A stretch of DNA of 64,000 bases, taken from the NCBI RefSeq assembly GCF_038025025.1, contig NW_027117346.1, positions 868,001 to 932,000 of the forward strand. Reading direction: 5' to 3'. The position numbers and the translations under genes are program-made. Source of the DNA: Phyllosticta citribraziliensis (lineage: Eukaryota). The first letter of the stretch is position 1, and each line of letters begins with the position of its first letter. The notes beneath the pieces were generated by a model. It was not told the origin of the DNA. It was given only the letters and a program-made list of their open reading frames with translations, and made no database searches. Shown here piece by piece: positions 25,392 to 35,683 of this stretch.

Positions 25392-25726
25392 ACACGGATG
25401 CTGTACCAGTACTGGATTGAGATGGTAGGGCGAAAATTGGCACCGGAGCCAGGGTTGGGCGTTTAGCAGGTCTCTCTCAACGGGTCAAGTCTCATTTGCT
25501 TTGGGGAATATGCAGCAATGGTCATTAAACCTCTGCATCTGAACTTGCGCGATCTACCTGTGCCATGGTGGTCGGCCTGCTAGAGGCGCCTGCGCAAGCT
25601 TCACGGCCTCCGCTCCCTCCCTTCCTCCCACCTTCTTAGAATGCACGGCATGGTATCTTGCGCAACCCAAGACTTATTCAAAGCCGAAAGCTCTCCAACT
25701 TCTCTCCATCCCAAAGTGTTATCGGA

Positions 25727-26929
25727 TCATCTCGTGTTCGCAGGTGAAGTGCTGAGGTCGTGCCATTCGGTCCACTCCTTCGTGATCGAAGTCAACTCCT
25801 TGCGGAGATGCTCCAACTGCTGGTCAAAGTCGCTGAGAACCTACAAACTGTTAGCAGGGATCTGTTGCGGGGAGTTTGTACGAGCGCCAACCTTCTTTAT
25901 CGCCTTCACGCTCTCCTCGTCCAGCGGCTCTTCCTCTACCTTGGTCTTCCTTCCCGTCCTTTCGACTTCTTCTTGTAGCCGTCTTGCACTCATCCGAATG
26001 CCGTGCAGCTTGCCCCAGATCTCCTCTTGCTTTCCATTCAACATGGGGTCAAAGACCTTTCGCTCGAGCGCCTTGAGCGTCTTCTTGAGCTCTTCTTCCC
26101 TGGGATCCATTGCATAGCCCCGATTCCTCAAGACTTGTGCTTTGGCAGCCAGCTGCAGGCATCGCTTGGTGAGCGCAACATGTTTCCTCTTCGCCTCCGT
26201 CACGCGAACCGAAACCTCCAAGTCATGCTTCCGGAGAAGCTCGTCTAGCGTGTTGTTCATCTCATGCAAACGAGACTGGAGTGCTCCAACAGCCTTTGCC
26301 TGCTGCTCAAGACGTGTGCCAACCGAAGTGAATCCGCGGCCGATGATGGGAATGGCGCCCTCGTTTGGCTTCTTTGCCAGTGCCTCCTCCCATGCTTTGG
26401 GATCTTCGTCGGGGGGCGCAACGTAGTATGGTGCCTTTTGGGGCTTCACTTGGTTGTAAAAGTAGTATTGGAACGCAGACGAGCTTTGCGAGGGGTCCCA
26501 TTTGTTGATGACCTCCTTCATTTGTTCGGGGATGGACTTTTGGTCTTGACAGGGTGAGATCAGCCCATGTGCCGAGAATAGCGGTATTTGGACAAACTTA
26601 CGAGCCGGAGGTGGTGGCTGCCACACGGAGCTGGAGGCATTGGGTGCCCCCAGAGGTTGCGGGGGAGGCAGAGGAGTACCAAAGACGCTCTGGCCTAGTG
26701 GCGCTGATTGGGTGGGCGCAGGCTGGTTCTGTTGTGGGTTTGTAGAGCCTCCAAAAAGGCTGCTTCCTTGAGGTTGCTTTGAACATGATGAGCACCCGAT
26801 TGCGCCATGGGTCGTTGGATCAATTACCTGATTATTTTGACTGGCGCCGAGGCTGTTGCCGAAGAGCCCAGAGCCACCGCCCTGCTGGCTACCCCCAAAG
26901 GTGCTCCCCTGATTCCAAGAAAAAGACAT
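25727..26929 (-). CDS. NUP57: Central-channel FG nucleoporin Nup57/Nup54; 4 exons
   Basis: N-terminal FG/GLFG/SLFG repeats, KWDP..FQYYFYN core and coiled coil (LAAKAQVLRNRGYAM..EEEL). Introns at 26777-26827, 26545-26601 and ~25841-25891. The last exon is VLSDFDQQLEHLRKEL..R*. Confidence 0.9.
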
Positions 26930-27325
26930 CCTGCTGTATTGCTGTAAAGAAGGAGAATCAACGCAGTCGGCCAGGAAGCAAAGCGCAAAGGCAGGCGCAA
27001 AGTCGGCGAGACGCGTCGCTGGTGAGATGTGAGACGAAGAACCGCAAATGTCGCTCTAGGCGTGAGGCTCGGGGAGTGTGGAAAGCGTCTTGAGCCTCAG
27101 TCGCGGCGGCTCATGGCGGTGGAGGTGCGGGCCTGGTTGCTTGGGTGCGATGGTCTGTTGTTTCTTTTGGACCAAGCGGGAATCGAGCTTGACGCCGCGC
27201 GGCTGATTCTCGGCGGCGAGCTAGGGACTCTGGGGACGAGAGCTCCACACGGTGCTCGCCCGCCAGCTCCGCATCATCCAATAACCTCACCTTGATTCTG
27301 GATTATCCACGCCAGAACACTCAAC

Positions 27326-28090
27326 ATGGCGGCCCGCGAACCCAGGTACGACTTTTGGAGAAGAGGCTGCTACCATGCTTGACCTCATGAATTGGCCTAC
27401 CAAAGCCCGTGCTGATTTCGTATCGCAGGTTCAACGACCGCGTGCTGATCGATGTTACTCCTATGCCCGACCACATCCCCAAGGTCAAGGAAGTCGGCTC
27501 TACCTCTGCTCCCCTCATGAGCGCTGCGTTCTTCATTGGTGCGAGATGCAAACCCTACAACGACGACTACATGATGTGCAAGGATGATTCCAAAGGACGT
27601 GGTGAACTGGAGTGTCTCAAGGAGGGCAGAAAGGTGACGAGATGCGCCACCAGCGTGTAAGCTCTCAATCACATCTGTGCGAATGGTTGCAATTGGAGAT
27701 GACATGTCCTCCACGACAATCGCGTCCATGCGGGGTGCTCGGGGGACTCGGTACAAGTACGGCGCTGATGACGCTCGTGCCGCAGGCTCGAAGATATCAA
27801 CAAGCACTGCCTGAACGAGTTTCGGTACCATTGGAACTGTCTCGAGTCAAAGAACCACCAGCTGTGGAAGTGCCGCCGCGCGGAGCGCGTGCTGAACAAG
27901 TGTGTCTTTGAAAAGATTGTTCGTCGCCCAAAAGCCATATTCTTTCGGCTTTACAAGACTCTTCGGCGTCTTGCTAACGTGTCAGTAGAACCTGGAGAAA
28001 ACTATCCCGGATACACCCAAGGGCGAAGTCCCTGTCCATCTGCGTGAGAAGCAGCTATTTGCTGATGACGGCTTCCTTGGATCACCATAG
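27326..28090 (+). CDS. NDUFA8: NADH:ubiquinone oxidoreductase 20.8-kDa subunit (NDUFA8 orthologue); 4 exons
   Basis: TSAPLMSAAFFIGARCKPYNDDYMMCK..CLKEGRKVTRCA..CLNEFRYHWNCLE..CRRAERVLNKC with CX9C pairs. Introns at 27346-27428, 27657-27785 and ~27919-27988. Confidence 0.93.
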
Positions 28091-29665
28091 ACTACGAGAT
28101 GCAGGACTCATTTGTTAGACATGGTGCCCGACAGCCTCAATCAGAGATGTGATCCGTCGGTATCCTCAAGAATCAAGAAATACCAAAGCACTTGTCCGAC
28201 CTTGGGCCCCTTGTTTTCTTCTTCATCGCAGTGGTTACATCTCTGCCGGTTCCACCATAGGCCAGGTTTAAACAAAAGCTCGAGCTTCGGGCAGCAGTTT
28301 GTGCATGTTTCTGTGATAGAAAGAGACGGGCGGAAGTCTCCCTTGTCTACGTGGTTTGGATGCTGCATCTCTCTTACAAAGTTTGACAAGCCTACTTCTC
28401 TCCATCATCCACATTGTGCGCTATGCCTCGAGGTCGCTCTAGGCAGAAGTGTCTCCCTCAAGTTCTGACCGGCGCGGAGACAGAGACAGAAGTTGCACCA
28501 ATTTTGTAGATAAAGAAGCATGTCTACTGCAGCTTCTGTCAAAAGGACGGAAGAGGCCAGCGTTATCTCAACTAACCACTCGCCAGTTACGAAAGCATGA
28601 TAAAAGGTCGACCACTTCTCGACGCACATCGTACATTCCATCGAACGAGGAATCTCTACGGGGGTGAGCAACCGGCACCCGAAACTTGCCAGAAACTCTA
28701 TCTACACATCGGGATCAACCGAAGTGGAGAGGATTAAGACACCTGCAGGGACCACATTCAGGGAATGTTCAGTCCTTCAGAACCAAGAAAAGAGGCAGGG
28801 GTGAAGAGTATTGGAAAACTCTGATGAGAGAGAACTGAGAACTGATGTATCTTCCCATAGCCACCGCCTTTGCCTGCGCGAATACCTCACACCGAGCCTC
28901 ATTGCTAGACACTCTACGCTACCGCTCCGGACTGAAAAGAAACGAGACCCGAATTGGAAATATCCCACAATCAGGATGCCGGCGTGTAGAAGACATCTTT
29001 GCATTTGACTGATGCCAGGCCACAACTTAGGTACCGCATGTGGGTTCATGTCATTGTTCCAATGGCAAGATCTCACTGGAGCACAGCAACTGTATCATGC
29101 GTTTGATTGTATTCTTCAAGAAAACTTTCGCGCTTAGGAATATTCGGCGTGGGGAGCTCTTGTTGGTTTGCTGGGTGGGCCTGTTTGGCAGACGTCCGAT
29201 GTCACATGACGAATACGCCGCGAACGGGGGGCGCCCAAGTCGCTCTTGCAGGATTCTGCTGATGTTGTCGCATGCTGACAGCTTATAAGATTCTGATCAT
29301 CACTGAATTGATCTTGTCCTCGACGTGGCGTCTTTAGGACAGTCTTGCAATATTGTAAGACCCCTCATCTTCCAGATGTGCTGATATGGACGATACCCCA
29401 AGCACTGTCACTCTACAAATACTTCCAACCTGGTTGCTGACGTACCAGACAGGCCGAACACCGAGGAATCACCTCAAAACATGGGTATTCATTGCAAATT
29501 CCAAATCCAAGTCTTCAGGTTTTGTACACTATGTTTACATAGAAGCTAATTCTCCATCACCGGCTACCACCAAAGACTCCAAGCCTGAAATAACCGAAAG
29601 CCATCGCATCAAGAATCGAAACAACCCGTCTCATCGTCACAGAAAGACACTCTCGGAGGCAACAC

Positions 29666-30868
29666 TTAGGCCTTGTTGGCGGCCGAGAGGTCACGAGCGT
29701 GCTGGCGGCCGGAGCCAGACGACTTGAGGATGTTGGCAACGACGTACTCGAACCACTGCATCAGCTGCTTGACGGTGAAGTTGTCAGGCAGCTGGGCGTC
29801 GGGCTTGGGGACGCCGGTGGCCGTCGCGACGGCCGTCACGGCCTGGGTAGCGACGGACGTGGGGATGAGCGAGGAGAGGCCGGCAATGTCCGAGGCCGCG
29901 GGAGTGGTGGCAGCGGGAGCGGCAGCGGCAGAGGTGACGGCCGAAGAGACTTCGGCGACGCCAACGGCAGAGCTGCTGGCGACGGGGGTGGCCGCCGCGG
30001 AAGAAGTAGCTTGAGCAGCGGGAGTGGTGGTGGCGGGCGTAGTAGCCTGAGCAGCCGACGAAGCCGGCGTGGTGGCAGCGGCAGCAGTAGAAGCTCCCGT
30101 GGCCGCCGCACCGCTGCCGGCCGTGTACAGAGTAGGACCAGGAATGGTGTAAGAGCTCATGCTGGCGTAGATGTTGACGAGGATACCAGGGTCAGTCTCG
30201 CTGTACAGCTTGGTACCCAGAGTACCGCCAGTGGTCAAGTCATCGGAACCGGAGCCGGTGATTTCCAGGTTGACACACTGGGGGTAGTTCTGGGCGCCGT
30301 CCTGGCTCTCGGCGCCGTGGAGAGCAATGATTTCGTTGCGGAGGACGTAGTTGCCGGCGGCGATGCTGGACGGGATGGTCGTGACCCAGGAGTTGTTGTT
30401 GCTGATCAGTTCGTCCGAGGCCCAGGTACCCGGGACGCTGGAACCGTCAATCAGGCCGGCGGCATCGATCTTGACCCACTCCAGAGTGGTCTTGTCGACA
30501 GTGGTGCAGTTGCCATTGCAGTTGGCCAAGTAGCTGATGACCGGGCCATGGTGGCTTTCAGGCCACTCGGTCCATTCAAGAGTGACGTTGCTGCCAGCCG
30601 CGACGGATGCCGAGGTCTGGGCGTTGGTGGCGCCCTTGTGGCAGATGATGTTGGCGTCGGTGTAGGCATCAGGAGCCACATAGCCGTTGTCAAGGTCATC
30701 GGGAATAGCCCAACCGATGACGACAGGAGCCGGAGTCTGGTACTGCATCGAAGGAGAGTAACCCTGATGGTAGGTACCGTCGGCAACGATGCCCTGGAGG
30801 GTTCCGTGGGCGGCGGCCGTGGAAGCAAGAGCACCCAGAAGGGCGGCGTTCTTGAAGATGGCGGACAT
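29666..30868 (-). CDS. AA9 (GH61) lytic polysaccharide monooxygenase with Ala/Thr-rich C-terminal extension; intronless
   Basis: Signal peptide ending AAA|H (His1), second His in WPESHHGPV, and [28 protein letters not shown] at 31099-31105. Confidence 0.95.
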   Translation of the reverse strand: MSAIFKNAALLGALASTAAAHGTLQGIVADGTYHQGYSPSMQYQTPAPVVIGWAIPDDLDNGYVAPDAYTDANIICHKGATNAQTSASVAAGSNVTLEWTEWPESHHGPVISYLANCNGNCTTVDKTTLEWVKIDAAGLIDGSSVPGTWASDELISNNNSWVTTIPSSIAAGNYVLRNEIIALHGAESQDGAQNYPQCVNLEITGSGSDDLTTGGTLGTKLYSETDPGILVNIYASMSSYTIPGPTLYTAGSGAAATGASTAAAATTPASSAAQATTPATTTPAAQATSSAAATPVASSSAVGVAEVSSAVTSAAAAPAATTPAASDIAGLSSLIPTSVATQAVTAVATATGVPKPDAQLPDNFTVKQLMQWFEYVVANILKSSGSGRQHARDLSAANKA

Positions 30869-31873
30869 TTTTGGATTGGGATTTGGAGACAGAACGGCTT
30901 GCGTCTGCGATGAAAGAGCGAAGTGTTGTTGGAGGGAACGGAAGTGCTGTCAAAGCAAGAGAGAGTGTATGGATTCCAGCTTCACACAGTGAAGGATAAT
31001 CCGAAGAAAGAAGGTGATGAGAGAAAGAACGACTGCAGACTGCAAGAGAATATCTTGGTGGAGAACAAAAAGACCCCTCGGGGTAGGAAGAGCGGCTCTA
31101 TATATCGGTGCTGAGAGGCATGCTGTGGCTCTTGCGTCCAGACCTCCACGGTCGAGGCAAAGTCCTGTGGGCGGACACGAGCAAGGGGCCCTGGAGAGGA
31201 TACATCAGCTCGGGCAGTTGAAAACGGTATGGTGGCAAGTTGGAGCGTCTCGCCAGTATGCCAACAGTGGTAAGGGCGCAGGACGCGTCGTCACTCGGCC
31301 GGTGGGAACAAGTTTAGAAGCGCCGGGGCTTTGATCTGCGCAGGCATTGCTGCTGGCGAGGATCAAAAGGCGAGATTGAAGGATATGGAGGACACGGTAT
31401 GCATGGCACACCCACCGCTCGCGTGCGTTGCCCTCCTGGGATGCGTTGGTCCTCCTCTCCGCCCTTCGCGAAGGTGTTGAATCTCGCCAGGCTCGTCTCG
31501 ATTCGCCGCAACCCGGACCCCGGCTATGGCGTGACCACCCCGAGCCTGTAGGGCAGGTCTAGTGTGAGCGGGCCAGAGACATCCTCCGCTTTGATCTGAG
31601 TAGAGGGCAATGTCGATATCGCCAGGATTCCCTTCAACCACGCGGTATTGCGCCGACGAGGTGGAGTAGAGGAGGGCCGAATTGCGCAGGCGGCGTCACA
31701 TCTCACCACGCTCGCCTGCGCGCTGGAGGTATTTCCGACAGATATCAGACAAACGGACTGGCTTGACTCGTAATCGATTCTCACTCAGTACCGCCGGAGA
31801 GCATTCTTGGCCCTGGTCCATGACTAGGAAGTGCGGGACAAGCCTTTTGGAATAGGTTCCTCCCGTCCCGAAC

Positions 31874-31887
31874 CGGTAACCTTACCG
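31874..31887. promoter_or_regulatory. CGG-N8-CCG inverted repeat (candidate Zn2Cys6/ClrB-type site) ~1 kb upstream of AA9
   Basis: CGGTAA-CC-TTACCG. Confidence 0.4.
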
Positions 31888-34370
31888 CCACCTCGCCTCG
31901 CAGCGTGAAACAAAAAGCCCCCGCTCCCTCAATCTACCTCACGCACAAAGACTTCTCTGCCTGCTCTCGCCCTCCCGTCTTTTGCTGCAACTTCAACGCC
32001 TCTCTCATATCCGCTGCCGACTTACCGAACCGACGGCGTTTGCCGAACAAACAAAACTTTTCAAACTCCCCGAGTGCCACAGCTGCGGTGCATAGTTCGG
32101 CCGCTGTCGAGAATGATTCACATCATCGAAACAACGAGAATCACGGAACACCATAGTACACATTGGAGCTCAAAAACGCGCTCGAAAAGAGTCCAGCATA
32201 GAAATATCCATGGCCCAATCAAATCCCCGAATCTAGGATAGGCCTGTCCCTCGCCTACAGCTGGCCTCGATTATAGACAGGCTTTGGGCAACACCGAGCC
32301 TCTCTACCAAGGCGATATTTCCAATCCCTGTCCCGTGGGGTCTCTGTCTTGCGGTGCGAGACTCCGAACGACCAACACATCGACGAGAGACGTACGTACG
32401 TTCATTGGTGGCCTTTTCTCTCGGAAATCCCTGGAGAACTGCGGGCAAAGCCATGCGAATGAAAACGACTGAAGAGTCTTACCGCCTGCTTGGTTGCAGT
32501 TCGCGAGCATCAAGAGCGGACCAACACCTGGCTCGACAGCTGGGCCAGAAGACCACCCCTGACCTGCTGCACGCCGCATCCCCTGGACAGACCGCCACGG
32601 CGCCAACGTTCGAGGCTGCAGCAAATATGATTGCTCGCAGCAGACGGCACTGCGGCGATGCGTGTGCTCCTGGCAACTTGCGTTCCCTCGCTATGGTTTG
32701 CATCTTTGAGAGTCTCCCGTCACGAAAGCCAGCCGAAATTACACAGCAGGAGATTGCCTAGGAGCTTGCGAAGCGACAGCTGTGGACAGCAGAGATTGCA
32801 CGTCTTTATGCACTCGACGTGCCGATGTCCCGGCCGTCTCCTTTGATCAATGAGTGGGCCTGAAGCCAGCAACTGGCCTTATCCGCGTTCAGAAAAACCC
32901 CCCAACATGCCGCTGGAAGACGGAATTGAGAACGACATAGCAGTCAACGGATGGCTGTTCCTACAGGTATGTACATTTCCAATTCCAATCCGACACCATC
33001 ACCTGTGGTTTAGAGAAGGCAACGACGATTCTGTCGATGATTACCTCGTGCGGTCTTTCTATTTTGCTTTTCCCTGTCGTACAAGTGATCAGCAGTTCGA
33101 TCAACCGACCCCTCCACACTTCTCCCCACGGCCAATAGCCTTGGCAGAAGCTTGTCCGAAGCTTGTCAAAAAGCTTGTCTCTCGGATCCGACCTTCCGTC
33201 GAGATTGCTTGCATTGCGCGTCAGATCTGCGGCTCGCCCTGGAGAGTAACCCTGAAGCAATGGGTGGGTAAGTTGTCTATGTTTGACACGGAAAATTGGA
33301 GCCCTCAATTCACCTGTAAGCTCATCTGGCAGCCACGTCCCCTGAGTTTGAATGCGCCAAAACTGCGTGAGGGATCAAGGGAAGATTTTCGAGCGGAAGT
33401 CACAGCTCGAGGCTTTGTTCCAGGGCTGTCATCCATGAGGGGCTTATGTCTCTCCAGGTCTACATCTGTGACCGTGATGAATCCTCCCAATCTTCCACCT
33501 GCCTCCACCTGCCTTTCTTTCGCATCATTTCCTCCATGGACTTCGAAGCCTGTCTACGGTGGATTTTTAGAGGAACGAGACTTCTCAGCACTAGGTGCAA
33601 TCTGATGATGCTACGATTCAGGAAGTATCAAATGCTCCAGTCTTTTTAACTATCCCCACTGTCTGAAAATCCAAATTTCTCACTACCAACTCCGCGTCTT
33701 ACTACGGACATCTTATGAAACAATCGTCTCGACGCATAAGAGTTCCTCCCTCCGCAAGCAAATGCCGCAGGACCGCCACTTGACGAGTGATTCTTCCCAA
33801 GCAGCTCCGTTCCAGATCACAGTCAAAATAAAGAGCAGAAGCTCAACAACGAGAGCTTTCTCCTTCCGCTGTTCGTCTCCCTATCTTTCTCTCTTTGACG
33901 TAGACCGCTTTATACTACCACGGCCGCACAAAACGCCATGCGCGTTTCTCCTCTCCAAGGAGCTCATACTTACCTCGCCCTCCAGCAGGAAAACCGGCGT
34001 CTCTCCATTTCCAACAGTAGTAGCAAGAGCAGTCGTATCGATTGCAATATCACCATCCTGGCAAACCCTCGCCCGTCCCCTCCCCCATTTCCCCTGCCTC
34101 CGCCCGCTCATCCACCTACCTACCTACCACTCCGAGCCGCCGCCTGCCGGTCTGGCCCAACCAGATCGCGACCTCAGCCATCCGCTTACATCCGAGCCGC
34201 GTCATAATGCTAAAAGCTCGAATGCCTCTTTCGTGACGTCGTTGCTATTGTTTCCGGTCTACAATACCTACCGGTCTCGTCCTTGCGGCGGTCTGTGTCA
34301 GGGCCTCTCTTTATCCCTGTCACATCCGAAGCCCGCACGCAGCGTTAGAACACACATCATCAACGCATAC

Positions 34371-34403
34371 GGCGGCGGCGGCGGCGGCGGCAGCAGCAGC
34401 AGC
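34371..34403. repeat. (GGC)7(AGC)4 trinucleotide repeat
   Basis: Direct reading. Confidence 0.85.
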
Positions 34404-35683
34404 TCACCCACAAAAGCAAGCCTTGACACATTCACTCAACCCCCCATTCAATCGATTGTGAGAATTTTTAATTCGGTTTTTGAAAAAGGAGGTTTGCTAG
34501 CTAGGGAAGCCTCCGAGCTCCAGCCACCAATCTCCATCCAGCCCTTTTTCCAGCCCTTCAAGTCCTCCCAGATGACCCTCGCCCCCCGTGCGCGCACTTT
34601 CCAGGATCCACTCCCAACTCAACTTTTCCCTAGCCAGAAAGCCAAGCCAGGTTGTACCCCCAGGAAGCGTAGTTGTGGTACAAGTTGGGGTGGGGCTACC
34701 AGAATTCTAGGGCTCAAAGGGGAAGAAGCGGGTGGTGTGGGTGGTTGATTTTGTTTTCCTCCGCCACCAATGTGACCCTCGTCCGTCGACCGCTCCCCGA
34801 TTCTGCTGCCCGTCCGCCTTTTTTTTTTTTTGCAAGACTTTTTGAACTTTTGAGTTTTTTTCTCCCATCGCCACTCGTTGGTGTTCGAGTGGTTTCGCTC
34901 GGCGGCGAAAGAGGGAAAAAGAGGAAAGCCCACCCGCCCTCCCATGTGAATATGTCCGATGATGTGTGTCGATTGCCGGGGGTGTTTTTGGTCGATCGAG
35001 CGATGATGCGTGGATGCAACAAGTAAAGACCCCGGCGCTGTGTTTGGAAAATGAAGAAGACCGCTGAAGAAGAAGGAAGAAGACGAACCGGTCATGAACA
35101 TGCGAGGGGGATTAGAAAGAGGCAATGTCCATGAAGCAAAGCATCTCGCACGTGGATGCCGCATTGGGGACCCAAGAACAAGTTTCGGAAACCAAGAAGA
35201 CCAGAGTTGGGGGCGAACGGTGTATGCGAATGGGAATTGTGTGCAAGAAAACAATTGGGGATGGACCAAGACTGACGGGCCCAAGCAGGAGACTGTGGAC
35301 AAGTCGCCGTCCCGTTGCCAGAAGGTCCCGCAAGCAATGCCGAAAATGCCGAAAAACAAAAGGGAGAAGAGTCGTGCCGACTTTTGTGTGCGTCGTCTGT
35401 TATTGTACAAGACGAGGGTCGTATTCGAAGAGCCTCGGTTCGGCGGTAGACCGGTGAAAGTTGAAGTTGGCCATGATGTGTTACTTGCTTTTTGTGGTCA
35501 TGGTGTATCGTGACTCTGATGCCAGGAGACGAGCTATGCCCATGGAATGAAATTCAATCACAGGGAGAGACCCGCTCTTCCAGAACGAAGAACCTGACCC
35601 AACCGGAAGAAATAAGCTGTGATACGTGTCATGCTGGTCGTAAGAGTCGTAAAGTCGTCAGGTACTGGACTTTGAGCGACCGT

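Noticed and set aside
32850..33605. 251-aa + strand ORF with splice-like signals
   Set aside because: No recognisable domain, weak codon bias and no consistent spliced model. It cannot be supported without homology or RNA data.
33603..33667. TGATGA...CTGA spacing resembling a C/D box snoRNA
   Set aside because: Box C is imperfect, there is no terminal stem, and I could not match the putative guide to rRNA.
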